Numbered from the whole stretch's first letter, positions 51,085 to 63,906 are shown. The stretch: 63,906 bases of DNA, filler included, from Octopus bimaculoides (GCF_001194135.2; 6 parts of 6 records of this genome joined end to end with filler, not necessarily neighbours in it), one strand, 5' to 3'. Program-made: numbers and translations. Notes: generated by a model not told the origin, from the letters alone.

Positions 51085-51290
51085 TGCCTAAGGCGGCTTG
51101 TAGCAGAATTATTACCGCAAAGAGCTTAGCAGCACTTCATCCTTCTTTATGTTCTCGGTTCAAATTCTGCCAAAGTCGACTTATCCTTTCATCATTTCGG
51201 AGTTGGGAAAATTAGTACCAGTTGAGCTCTGGGGTCGATGTAATCAACAAGTTTCCTTTCATAAAATTTTATACCTTGTGCACCACTGTG
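51085..51290 (+). mobile_element. SINE family B
   Basis: AAGGCGGC..GCAGAAT..GTTCAAATTCTGCC..AAAGTCGAC..AGTACCAGTTGAGCTCTGGGGTCGATGTAATC..CCTTGTGC. Confidence 0.75.
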
Positions 51291-52229
51291 CGAAAACGTT
51301 TTACTGAATCTCCTGTGGTTGACTGTTGCATGAAGAACTTGTAGCTAAGTGCGGACTGACAGAAAATACTCAGCCAAAAGGAAACTAACGTTAATGACGA
51401 CTGGACACAGAAACATTTAGTTGAGAAGCAAGCTACCTATCACGCTGTGATTAATTATTTGGACTAAAGTGTTCAATTTCTTACTCTACTTTTGCATGTG
51501 CGCAATTCATCAAAGCTACTGCTGGCGGTTAAATTGTTCTCAACAAATGAACGAGGGACCGACGAAAATACTAAACAAATTTCGAAAGATATTGGGAATG
51601 AAGATCCAATCAGTATCCTTTCTGATAATATTGTGCAAAAGGTTGAGACATAGAATTTTGTCTCAAATCTTTTTTCACAACGGCAGTACAAGTCCTCTAG
51701 AAAAATCGAAATGGGAATTTGGGAAAGCACTCTTCTGTCGAAAGTACGCGTTCGTAACAGACGTGTAGTTTGTGACCGTAGTCGCAATATTGTCTTTTAT
51801 CACTCAACGCCTTTGATCAGATGAATATATTCGAGACAAGTGAATATTGCTTTTTAAGGCGATCAACAAACGGAATACGTTATCAGAAAACAGTTTTATT
51901 AAGAAAAAAATTTGCAAATGACATTAATTATTTGATAGCTTACTTTCTATCATTTCCAGATTCAATGAGAGGGCGCTTCAATTTGTTTTTCTCATATTGC
52001 AAACATGTCGTTCCTAATATTTTTATCATCAAAGTCCCCATTACGGGGGTTAATTTTCTCACAGCCTCGGTTTTTTTTTGTTTTTTTTGTATTTTACCTA
52101 TATTCTTGTAGGGTTTGTCTCCTGAATATGTTGGGTTTCATTTCTGGGTTTCATTAACTAACAACAAATCCGTTTTCCCAGTTCATATACATACATATAT
52201 ATATACTGTGTATGTGTATACATACATAC

Positions 52230-52271
<42 letters not shown>

Positions 52272-52479
52272 TCGCATACATATATTCATAGATGCATAAT
52301 TTTTATACTTGCAAAGACACACACGCACACACACGCACACACACTCCCTCTCTCTTCCCATCTCTCTCCCTCTCTCTTCCTATCTCTCTCGCTCTCTCTC
52401 TTCCCATCTCTCTCCCTCTCTCTTCCCCTCTCTCTCTCCCTCTCTCTCTCTCCCTCTCTCTCCCTCTCTCTCCCCCTCT

Positions 52480-52543
<64 letters not shown>

Positions 52544-53044
52544 CTGTGTGTGTAAATATATGGAATGTATATGCATGTGCTTTATGTGGGTGCTGTTAGC
52601 GTTGGTGATGTTTATGCACATTAACTATCAGAGCGGCATACGATTGTTTAAGTGTGACGTCACTAGTGCGATTGTGCAGTCTATAATTCCTTTGGCTTTT
52701 GATGAAATTGCTATGACTGAAATTTGTGAGTGCATTGTCTATGTTGGATAGAACGTGCAGTAAAAGTGTGTTTGTCAGGCAAGTAACTGTCAGGGGTGCG
52801 TTTCAAGCCTCCTTTCTATTGCGACTAAATACTAAAGATATTCCAAGCATGTAAGATGTTTTGTCTTTATTTTATTTTATTCTATTTTACAGAAATAGCT
52901 ATCATTTCACGCCCTAACCAAGTGTAATACAAGTTCTTACATACATACATTCGTGTAAACATACTTACTCACACAAGTTTACATATTTGCATACGTACGT
53001 GTGTGCATGAATTAACGTATACATGCAGACACGTATGTATGCAA

Positions 53045-53092
<48 letters not shown>

Positions 53093-53112
53093 GGTTAATT
53101 TAAGTTATGTAT

Positions 53113-53212
53113 NNNNNNNNNNNNNNNNNNNNNNNNNNNNNNNNNNNNNNNNNNNNTTAATTAATTAANNNNNNNNNNNNNNNNNNNNNNNNNNNNNNNN
53201 NNNNNNNNNNNN
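53113..53212. other. Artificial scaffold linker
   Basis: 44N-TTAATTAATTAA-44N. Confidence 0.97.
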
Positions 53213-53840
53213 ACAAAAAATGGGACAAGAGCGCAAAACATCCAGACAGTCGAGTTCCAGATTATCTTTGCAATTTCGGCTGGTTATACTCGAGATTGCT
53301 CTAATCTGGCCAGCCCCAAGGAAAAACTAAACTAAAAGCACTAGATTCCTTGGAAGGAAGCAGTGTATGTATACGAAAACAAGGACGGAAAAAAATCTGA
53401 GAAATGGTACACGAATACAAATGCAAATAACAGGACATTAACAACAGGTGTCTTTCGATTAAGGACGAATTAAATTAAGCTGGCGTGTGTGGAAGTAAAG
53501 CCTTACGGCAGGGACATAAGAGATGACAGGCATGAGAAGGAATATAGATGTTATACTGAATTTAAAATGAGTGCTCTTTGTATATAAGGAGCGGAAGTAT
53601 TGTCTATCAATGTTTATCAATTTTGGATTCCATTATAAAGACAATACTTTTGTGAAACGATCGTAAGATGCGTTAAATCCTTAACTTTTAAACTATTGAA
53701 TTTTAAACTGTCATATTTTACATGTTTATACATATTTACATATATGTATATATATATTTTTTAATACAAAAATATTTTACACATATATCTTTGTGAAGAG
53801 TTTTTTTATATTGATTTCCTGCTATTATTTCACAATATAT

Positions 53841-53875
<35 letters not shown>

Positions 53876-53924
53876 CATGAACCGTCCCGTCGTTAGACAT
53901 TACCTGTACAGGTGCAACTGAGTG

Positions 53925-54055
53925 CCACATGTCACATGTCGGAATGATCGCAGAGCAACGTGAAATGAAGTGTTTTGCTCAAGAACACAACTCAACACCC
54001 GGTCTGAGAATCGAAACCACACAATCTTGAGTGCAACACTAAGACATGCGCCTTC
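53925..54055 (-). mobile_element. SINE family C head
   Basis: GCAACGTGAAATGAAGTGTTTTGCTCAAGAACACAAC..GAATCGAAACCAC..GAGTGCAACACTAA..CATGCGCC is the reversed tRNA-like head. Confidence 0.65.
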
Positions 54056-54059
54056 ACAG

Positions 54060-54095
<36 letters not shown>

Positions 54096-54107
54096 GATAT
54101 ACATGTG

Positions 54108-54153
<46 letters not shown>

Positions 54154-55521
54154 NNNNNNNNNNNNNNNNNNNNNNNNNNNNNNNNNNNNNNNNNNNNNNN
54201 NNNNNNNNNNNNNNNNNNNNNNNNNNNNNNNNNNNNNNNNNNNNNNNNNNNNNNNNNNNNNNNNNNNNNNNNNNNNNNNNNNNNNNNNNNNNNNNNNNNN
54301 NNNNNNNNNNNNNNNNNNNNNNNNNNNNNNNNNNNNNNNNNNNNNNNNNNNNNNNNNNNNNNNNNNNNNNNNNNNNNNNNNNNNNNNNNNNNNNNNNNNN
54401 NNNNNNNNNNNNNNNNNNNNNNNNNNNNNNNNNNNNNNNNNNNNNNNNNNNNNNNNNNNNNNNNNNNNNNNNNNNNNNNNNNNNNNNNNNNNNNNNNNNN
54501 NNNNNNNNNNNNNNNNNNNNNNNNNNNNNNNNNNNNNNNNNNNNNNNNNNNNNNNNNNNNNNNNNNNNNNNNNNNNNNNNNNNNNNNNNNNNNNNNNNNN
54601 NNNNNNNNNNNNNNNNNNNNNNNNNNNNNNNNNNNNNNNNNNNNNNNNNNNNNNNNNNNNNNNNNNNNNNNNNNNNNNNNNNNNNNNNNNNNNNNNNNNN
54701 NNNNNNNNNNNNNNNNNNNNNNNNNNNNNNNNNNNNNNNNNNNNNNNNNNNNNNNNNNNNNNNNNNNNNNNNNNNNNNNNNNNNNNNNNNNNNNNNNNNN
54801 NNNNNNNNNNNNNNNNNNNNNNNNNNNNNNNNNNNNNNNNNNNNNNNNNNNNNNNNNNNNNNNNNNNNNNNNNNNNNNNNNNNNNNNNNNNNNNNNNNNN
54901 NNNNNNNNNNNNNNNNNNNNNNNNNNNNNNNNNNNNNNNNNNNNNNNNNNNNNNNNNNNNNNNNNNNNNNNNNNNNNNNNNNNNNNNNNNNNNNNNNNNN
55001 NNNNNNNNNNNNNNNNNNNNNNNNNNNNNNNNNNNNNNNNNNNNNNNNNNNNNNNNNNNNNNNNNNNNNNNNNNNNNNNNNNNNNNNNNNNNNNNNNNNN
55101 NNNNNNNNNNNNNNNNNNNNNNNNNNNNNNNNNNNNNNNNNGACAGAACAAGTAACCAATTCCCAGTCATTTCAAATGAAATTGGTTTTCATGGATTTTA
55201 TTTAATCTAGGTGATGAGTTCGTGCCGCTTGGAGAATTGTTTAGGTGTGTTGGGCAGGGTTGGATTGGGTGAAGGACTTGTAGGAATGCAATACAGACAC
55301 ATACACTCATATGATACATATACACTCTGTATCAATATATATCGGTTTTTATGACTTCGTTTACGTTTGTGTACACACACACACATACGCGCGCGCGCGC
55401 GCACACATTCATGAATATGAATATATCTATATGTGTGTGTGTGTGTGTGTGTATAAAAGAGAAAGAGCATAGCTGTGCCTTTATACGCGCACCCCTCTCC
55501 TCCCTCTCTCTCTGAGTGTAT

Positions 55522-55572
<51 letters not shown>

Positions 55573-56603
55573 GAGAGAGATAGATAGATAGATAGATAGA
55601 TATACATACATANNNNNNNNNNNNNNNNNNNNNNNNNNNNNNNNNNNNNNNNNNNNNNNNNNNNNNNNNNNNNNNNNNNNNNNNNNNNNNNNNNNNNNNN
55701 NNNNNNNNNNNNNNNNNNNNNNNNNNNNNNNNNNNNNNNNNNNNNNNNNNNNNNNNNNNNNNNNNNNNNNNNNNNNNNNNNNNNNNNNNNNNNNNNNNNN
55801 NNNNNNNNNNNNNNNNNNNNNNNNNNNNNNNNNNNNNNNNNNNNNNNNNNNNNNNNNNNNNNNNNNNNNNNNNNNNNNNNNNNNNNNNNNNNNNNNNNNN
55901 NNNNNNNNNNNNNNNNNNNNNNNNNNNNNNNNNNNNNNNNNNNNNNNNNNNNNNNNNNNNNNNNNNNNNNNNNNNNNNNNNNNNNNNNNNNNNNNNNNNN
56001 NNNNNNNNNNNNNNNNNNNNNNNNNNNNNNNNNNNNNNNNNNNNNNNNNNNNNNNNNNNNNNNNNNNNNNNNNNNNNNNNNNNNNNNNNNNNNNNNNNNN
56101 NNNNNNNNNNNNNNNNNNNNNNNNNNNNNNNNNNNNNNNNNNNNNNNNNNNNNNNNNNNNNNNNNNNNNNNNNNNNNNNNNNNNNNNNNNNNNNNNNNNN
56201 NNNNNNNNNNNNNNNNNNNNNNNNNNNNNNNNNNNNNNNNNNNNNNNNNNNNNNNNNNNNNNNNNNNNNNNNNNNNNNNNNNNNNNNNNNNNNNNNNNNN
56301 NNNNNNNNNNNNNNNNNNNNNNNNNNNNNNNNNNNNNNNNNNNNNNNNNNNNNNNNNNNNNNNNNNNNNNNNNNNNNNNNNNNNNNNNNNNNNNNNNNNN
56401 NNNNNNNNNNNNNNNNNNNNNNNNNNNNNNNNNNNNNNNNNNNNNNNNNNNNNNNNNNNNNNNNNNNNNNNNNNNNNNNNNNNNNNNNNNNNNNNNNNNN
56501 NNNNNNNNNNNNNNNNNNNNNNNNNNNNNNNNNNNNNNNNNNNNNNNNNNNNNNNNNNNNNNNNNNNNNNNNNNNNNNNNNNNNNNNNNNNNNNNNNNNN
56601 NNN

Positions 56604-56637
<34 letters not shown>

Positions 56638-56769
56638 AAACAATTATGCTATATTATTTATATAAATATAAAGTGTTTCGCCTTCTCCCTTTCTTATTCC
56701 ACTTCACACTTCTACCACCCTCTCTCACCCACCCTTTCTCCTTCGTCGTTCAAAGTTTAAAGCCAAACA

Positions 56770-57810
56770 CCTTCGATGTCACGTCTATTTTGTCTTTAGA
56801 TTTGTGTCGGTTTCTACAAAGAAACGCCGTAGTTAATTTAACATTACGCACCTGCCATATGACGTCTCATGCTTGTCACGTGATCGCGCGCGCGCGCAAA
56901 CGCACTCACGTACACACAGTCACACAGACACATACAAGTACTGCACCGAGTCGCATATGTTTCTGTACAAATTCGTTATGATGCCAGCCTCCATGCCATG
57001 CATCGTTATCTGTAGAGTTATACGTATGACGCCATAGATATGACCTCACATGAAGAAAAGTAAATGGATAATCCGTCAATTCCAGTTGTTCTCTGAATTA
57101 AACTGTTTGAATTAGCGATTAACTGGTTGAGTATACTACATACATGTACACCCTCAACTTAATAATTCTCAGGTGGAGTCGGTGAGTGACAAGGATGGCC
57201 TTTTGAATTACAGCTTAAGTTCAAGCGGTAGGCTTCCGCACAACTCCGTCTCCCCCAGCTCTTTGGCTAAAACACTGGCTCTATTATTCCTCACAGTGGG
57301 ATTGAAACGGGGACTTTAAGTCAACTTCTTAACCACTCGGTCAAAACGCACGCATGCTCAGTGATGTTGTGTCACTTCATACTGATACATATTTACCCAC
57401 GTGAAGTCAAGTTAGCGATGTAATACAGTGTTGTTATATACTTCTAGAATGCTGTCACATATCCGTCATGCGATGCCACTCACATTTATTGTATGACATC
57501 ACACGCATACACTTGTAACCTCATATCGCCAATGTCATATACCTACACTAGGATGTCACTTACCTGTCATGTGACGTCACACTCACGTACACACTGACCT
57601 GTTACGTCGAAAACGCACACACAAACATGCATGCACTCACGACCACACACAAGCAACTGGGATGTGACTTCGCCCATTTCATACGTCTTTGATAGAATGA
57701 TACAATGATAACTATCATGCTGACATCACGCAAACATACACAATTATGTGACGTCACACATCAACACGCGCGCGCGTGTGTGACATCATTGCAAGTCATG
57801 AGAAAATCCT
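56770..57810. promoter_or_regulatory. CRE/ATF-like motif-rich block (candidate regulatory element or cryptic repeat)
   Basis: Perfect GTGACGTCAC at 57571-80 and 57748-57, plus many TGACATCA, GATGTCAC, TGACGTCT and CACGTG variants. CpG retained. Confidence 0.3.
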
Positions 57811-58368
57811 TTACCTGGTCTCATATCAGACGCCGCTATTTTAGAAATGAATAAGGAAATTCTAGAAACCCAGTGTCTTGAATAAAAGGCAGGATAGTCA
57901 CAGCTGGAACGCAGTTGGTCATAAGGCTGTCAGCTTGAATAGAGATGACCTATCAAAAATCAATAAATCGATGCTACATCCCACGTAATAATAGCTTAGT
58001 CCATCATTGACTCAGGTCCTCCAAACCAAGATCAAAAGGTTGCTTTCAATACGTGTGTCCATAATTTTTTTTAATCATTTAAATTTTACCACAAGTCTAA
58101 TTGTGGTAAAACAACTGCCTCGGACTCTCACTGACATACATACTTTTGACATCGTATGAGCTCTCTCAATGAAATTAGCATTTCTACATTATCATCATAT
58201 CCTTTTATCTTCTATTTTATAGATTCTCGTTTTTTCCATTAATTAATATTTAGATTATAATTAATCGAATGCCCTTTCAATCACAACACTTTTGCTATTT
58301 ATTGAACACCACTAAGCCTTTTCTTCTCACTGTTATGAAGTTATTCAGTGGGTATTACTATATATATG

Positions 58369-58399
<31 letters not shown>

Positions 58400-58419
58400 T
58401 ATGTATGTATATATGCCAT

Positions 58420-58680
58420 ATCATGGGTTCGGTTCCCAGACCTGACGACGTGTTGTGTTCTTGGGGAAAATATTTCATTTCATGTTGCTTCAGTTCTCCC
58501 AACAGTAAAATCGTAAACGGATAATCCTTTGACAGACTAGCTTTACGATTAGGGGTAATTTTGGCATGCTCACCGAGCCAGTAGGGGAGGAGGCATCAGT
58601 CAGATGCTAAAACGATGCAAAGCGCATTGTCACCAGCGATGTATAACAATATCCAATAGTCTGATCGATACCATGATATT
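58420..58680 (+). mobile_element. SINE family C body (diverged)
   Basis: GGGTTCGGTTCCCAGACC..GTGTTGTGTTCTTGGGGAAAATATTTCATTTCATGTTGCTTCAG..AAACGATGCAAAGCGCATTG..GATGTATAACAA. Confidence 0.55.
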
Positions 58681-58711
<31 letters not shown>

Positions 58712-58811
58712 NNNNNNNNNNNNNNNNNNNNNNNNNNNNNNNNNNNNNNNNNNNNTTAATTAATTAANNNNNNNNNNNNNNNNNNNNNNNNNNNNNNNNN
58801 NNNNNNNNNNN
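58712..58811. other. Artificial scaffold linker
   Basis: 44N-TTAATTAATTAA-44N. Confidence 0.97.
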
Positions 58812-60956
58812 CTAACCTTAAAACTAACTCTAACCCTAACCCTAACGCTAAACCTAACCGCAAAACCCTAACTCTAACCCTAACCCTACCACTGATCCTA
58901 AGGCTAATCGTAACCCTAACGCTAAACGCTAACCCTAAACGCTAAACGCAAAACGCTAAACGCTAACCGCTAAACGCAAACCGCTAACAGGTAACCGCAC
59001 ACAGGTAACCACTATCAGATAACCGCTAACCGCTAACCCCTAACCACTAAACAGCTGNNNNNNNNNNNNNNNNNNNNNNNNNNNNNNNNNNNNNNNNNNN
59101 NNNNNNNNNNNNNNNNNNNNNNNNNNNNNNNNNNNNNNNNNNNNNNNNNNNNNNNNNNNNNNNNNNNNNNNNNNNNNNNNNNNNNNNNNNNNNNNNNNNN
59201 NNNNNNNNNNNNNNNNNNNNNNNNNNNNNNNNNNNNNNNNNNNNNNNNNNNNNNNNNNNNNNNNNNNNNNNNNNNNNNNNNNNNNNNNNNNNNNNNNNNN
59301 NNNNNNNNNNNNNNNNNNNNNNNNNNNNNNNNNNNNNNNNNNNNNNNNNNNNNNNNNNNNNNNNNNNNNNNNNNNNNNNNNNNNNNNNNNNNNNNNNNNN
59401 NNNNNNNNNNNNNNNNNNNNNNNNNNNNNNNNNNNNNNNNNNNNNNNNNNNNNNNNNNNNNNNNNNNNNNNNNNNNNNNNNNNNNNNNNNNNNNNNNNNN
59501 NNNNNNNNNNNNNNNNNNNNNNNNNNNNNNNNNNNNNNNNNNNNNNNNNNNNNNNNNNNNNNNNNNNNNNNNNNNNNNNNNNNNNNNNNNNNNNNNNNNN
59601 NNNNNNNNNNNNNNNNNNNNNNNNNNNNNNNNNNNNNNNNNNNNNNNNNNNNNNNNNNNNNNNNNNNNNNNNNNNNNNNNNNNNNNNNNNNNNNNNNNNN
59701 NNNNNNNNNNNNNNNNNNNNNNNNNNNNNNNNNNNNNNNNNNNNNNNNNNNNNNNNNNNNNNNNNNNNNNNNNNNNNNNNNNNNNNNNNNNNNNNNNNNN
59801 NNNNNNNNNNNNNNNNNNGCTAAAACCGCTAATCCGCTAAACCGCTAAACCGCTAATCCGCTGAACCGCTAAAACCGCTAAATCGCTAAACCGCTAAACC
59901 ACTAAACCGCTAAACCTTTAAACAGCTAACAGCTAGCCGCTAACCGCTAACCTCTAAACAGTGAAACCGCAAAACTGTTAAACCGCTATACCGCTAAACC
60001 GTTAAATCGCTAAACCGCTAAAGCCCTAAAACCGCTAAACCGCTAAATTGTTAAACCGCTAAACCGCTAAACCGTTAAACCGCTAAACCGTTAAACCGCT
60101 AATACGCTAAACCGATAAACCGATAAAACCGCTAAATCGCTCAACCGCTAAACTCCTAAAACCGCTAAACCCCTTAAACCGCTAATTCGCTAAACCGCTA
60201 AACCGCTAACCGCTAAATCGCTAAACCGCTAAACCGCTAAACCACTCAACCGCTAAACCCAAAGCCTAACTCTAACCCTAACCTTAAAACTAACTCTAAC
60301 CCTAACCCTAACGCTAAACCTAACCGCTAAACCCTAACTCTAACCCTAACCCTACCACTAATCCTAAGGCTAATCGTAACCCTAACGCTAAACGCTAAAC
60401 GCTAACCCTAAACACTAAACGCAAAACGCTAAACGCAAAACGCTAAACGCTAACCGCTAAACGCAAACTGCTAACAGGTAACCGCACACAGGTAACCACT
60501 ATCAAATATCCGCTAACCGCTAACCCCTAACCACTGAACAGCTGAACCGCTAAACCGCTAAACCGCTAAACCGCGAAACAGCTAAAACCGATAAACCGCT
60601 AAACCGCTAAACCCTAACCCTAACCCTAACCTTAACCCTAACCGTTAAACCCTAACCCTAACCCTAACCCTAACGCTAACCCTCAGCCTAACCGTAACCC
60701 TAACGCTAAACGCTAAACGCTAACCCTAAAGGCTAAGCGCAAAACGCTAAACGCTAAACACTAAACGCTAACCGCTAACAGGTAACCGCACACAGGTAAC
60801 CACTATCAGATAAACGCTAACCCCTAACCACTAAACAGCTGAACCGCTAAACCGCTGAACCGCTAAACCGCTGAACCGCTAAACCGCTAAACCGCTAAAC
60901 CGCTAAAACCGATAAACCGCTAAACCGCTAAATCGCTAAAGCGCTAAACCCCCAAA
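58812..60956 (+). repeat. Telomere-derived higher-order satellite (CCCTAA / CGCTAAA / CCGCTAAA blocks)
   Basis: Runs of CCCTAA, variant heptamers/octamers, and a landmark CAGGTAACCGCACACAGGTAACCACTATCA at 58988, 60475 and 60779. Confidence 0.9.
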
Positions 60957-61056
60957 NNNNNNNNNNNNNNNNNNNNNNNNNNNNNNNNNNNNNNNNNNNN
61001 TTAATTAATTAANNNNNNNNNNNNNNNNNNNNNNNNNNNNNNNNNNNNNNNNNNNN
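60957..61056. other. Artificial scaffold linker
   Basis: 44N-TTAATTAATTAA-44N. Confidence 0.97.
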
Positions 61057-61751
61057 CGTGAGAAGACCCGGCAAGCAAAGTGAGACCATAATCCGAGGCC
61101 TCAGCCAGGGGTGTAGCCAGCCCACTTATGTGTACCTTTCTTTTATTGGACACTAAACTCTGCTTGCGAAGACCTGTTGAGGCAAGTGAAATCAAAATCA
61201 AACCAAATTCGACAACTGGCACCCATGCCAACCTCTCCTTCATTGGACAGTAAACTCTGCTTGTGAAGATCTTTTGGGGCAAGTAAAAGCGAAATCATGA
61301 TGGCACCTGTACCAGTGGAGCGCTAAGAGCACCATCCGAGCATGATCATTGCCAGAGCAGCTGTCTGGCTTCTGTGCTGGTGACACGTAAATAGCACCAT
61401 TTGAGCGTGATCGTTACCAGCATTGCCTCACTGGCACTTGTGCCGGTGGCACGTGAAAGACATTCGAGCGAGGTCGTTGCCACTGCTGCTGGACTGGCTC
61501 CTGTACAGGTGGCACATAAAATACACCATTTTGAGCATGGCTGTTGCCAGTACCACCTGACTGGCCCTCGTGCCGGTGGCACATAAAAGCACCCACTACA
61601 TTCTCAGAGTGGTTGGCGTTAGGAAGGGCATCCAGCTGTAGAAACTCTGCCAAATCAGATTGGAGCCTAGTGTAGCCATCTGGTTCGCCAGTCCTCAGTC
61701 AAATCGTCCAACCTATGCTAGCATGGAAGGTGGATGTTAAATGATGATGAT
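61057..61751 (+). mobile_element. RTE LINE 3' UTR (complete)
   Basis: Colinear with 26580-27275 from GAGAAGACCCGGCAAG to the (GAT)n tail. Confidence 0.9.
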
Positions 61752-61903
61752 NNNNNNNNNNNNNNNNNNNNNNNNNNNNNNNNNNNNNNNNNNNNNNNNN
61801 NNNNNNNNNNNNNNNNNNNNNNNNNNNNNNNNNNNNNNNNNNNNNNNNNNNNNNNNNNNNNNNNNNNNNNNNNNNNNNNNNNNNNNNNNNNNNNNNNNNN
61901 NNT

Positions 61904-61934
<31 letters not shown>

Positions 61935-62399
61935 AAATAAAAAAAAAACGAAGAACAAACACAAAAAAGACCACGTGAGGACGTGGTACAAGTAAAGTAT
62001 TAGCAGACACTGTGTATATTATTAATGTGGTGCTCCTGTGGGGATGGGGTGTGTGGTATGTGTAGCGGTGTCATATGTATAATTTTTTCTGGGTGTGTGG
62101 GTATATATAGCTGCATTGTTTGGTCTGTTTTCTTTCTGTAAAGGATAAAGTTGTGGGGTGGGTATGTTAGCATGTGTTGTGTAATGTGTGTGTGTGGGGG
62201 GGCTGTGTATATGCAGGGGTACGATTTGTATGAAGGGGTAAGTGTTGGAGGAAGGGGAGACAATTTATTTTGTGGGGTGTCCACCTTATAGGGGTGTGTG
62301 CATGTCTGTACATGGGTGCCTTGATGTGTGCTTTGGTCAAACTCTTTTTGCCAGGCTCAAGGTCATTGGTGGAAGGTCATTTGCAGAAGGCCGAGGTAG

Positions 62400-62850
62400 G
62401 GGACCTGTGGTTGCAGTCATGATGGGGCGCGCAGGTACGATAGAATGTATTTCCTTTCATGCAGGCAAGGATTAAACATCTCACGCCTGCCATTCAGGTA
62501 AGCATCCAAGCATTGGGTACCTTTTAAAATTGCTCTCTTCTCAGTCAGGCATGATCTGCACTTCCTGCTGCTATTGAAGTATGGTTTGCATCTTTCTAGG
62601 ATCTTCCACTTTATGCTATACTCCATGGTGCTTTTTTTCAAAGTCCAGACGTGCTTGGCTAAGGTTGTAGCATTACATCTCTCTGGAATGTTGAATGAGG
62701 ACTTGTGGTTATCAAAGCAGGTTCTGAAGGGGGCCTTCCGTTGCCTCCACATACTTCTGCATGCTCAGTTGTCCATTAGGTCCTATTGTTGTTAGTTCTG
62801 CCTCGTAAACAGCTGTTTCCGTATTGCCGTGACCATTTAGTGGACAAGTT
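62400..62850 (-). mobile_element. Penelope-like element GIY-YIG C-terminal fragment
   Basis: PFRTCFDNHKSSFN..TTLAKHVWTLKK..YSIKWKILERCKPY..KCRSCLTEK..LNGRREMFNPCLHERKYIL. Confidence 0.88.
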
Positions 62851-63218
62851 GTGTTACCCTTGCTTGGGCATCCTGCCTCAGCCTTGAGTCTGGGTCTACC
62901 TACTAAATGTTTTTACATTAGGTGCACAGCTAAAGGATAATTTCAGGGTATGTCTATTATTTTATTGAACTTATTAATACAGGGGAAGTGGCTATCAACT
63001 AAACTAAGGAAGACCTTACCTACTCTGCTCTTAACATTTAAAGAGAATGGCAGTGTGAACCACAGTACTTTCTGGTGGTGCTTTTTCTTGTGGTGGGGGT
63101 GAGTGGGTCTGGCATGTAACTGATATTATCATTGAAACCACTGGCAGCCAGAGCCCAGTTGTAGTATGGGGTGGCAGCATCAAATAATCTCTTTACTTAA
63201 AGACAAGCTGGAGATTAT

Positions 63219-63296
<78 letters not shown>

Positions 63297-63858
63297 AAAT
63301 ACCTTCATGACTCACAGTTTTATTCTGAAGAAGTATGTTATAAAGGTTGAAACATTTTCCTGGACTCTCAAGTATAACAAAATGAAAGCACAAATATACA
63401 TGTATATTTGTGTATATATGCGTGTCGGTGTATGTGTGTGCATGCATACACATACACACATATGTTTGTGTATAAATATATGTATGTGTAAATAGATGTA
63501 ATATGTTTGTATAATTACAATTGTAAGTTTATACTGATTGATGTTTATGAATCTATCAGCTTTATTTTCAGATTAAAACCCATCCTTCTCATTTTTTTCT
63601 CCAGTTTTTGGAATAACACTTTAAAAATATATTTAGTCAATACAACAGAAACTTCATTTCTGATACTTAAACCATAAGAGAGAAAGATTAATATAATTGA
63701 CAGGTTTTGTATATTGAAAACAGTATAATCATTATTATGTGTGCTTGTGTGTATGTCTACATCTATTAGTCAGCTCGTCTGTCTGTCTTTATCGATCTCA
63801 GTTTGTCTGTCTATATACATATATATCTATATACATATACATATATACATATACATGC

Positions 63859-63906
<48 letters not shown>

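Overview
AT-rich, microsatellite-saturated animal genomic DNA. The SINE/LINE content suggests a coleoid cephalopod, probably Octopus (inference, no search run). Five artificial 100-bp linkers (44 N + TTAATTAATTAA + 44 N) split it into six separately assembled segments, so adjacency across the linkers is not direct evidence. The only clear protein-coding gene is a membrane-anchored copper amine oxidase (AOC3/VAP-1-like) on the minus strand. It has a large exon at 7257-9295 and a probable short first coding exon at 14385-14421; its last exon was not found in the window. Its TPQ cofactor motif reads S-Y-D instead of the near-invariant N-Y-D. The most interesting non-coding element is a ~331-nt tandem repeat at ~1340-1945 carrying two type I hammerhead ribozyme motifs, one intact and one with a C3U core change; this is the architecture of a non-LTR retrozyme. 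The rest is transposon debris: three tRNA-derived SINE families, RTE LINE 3' ends, a head-to-tail train of R4/Dong-clade RLE LINEs ending in (TAA)n, mariner (DD34D), maT (DD37D) and Tc1 remnants, Penelope GIY-YIG fragments and a foldback element. There is also a telomere-derived higher-order satellite and a CRE-motif-rich block. Nearly all ORFs in the supplied track are microsatellite or N-gap artefacts. Coordinates of decayed repeats are approximate.
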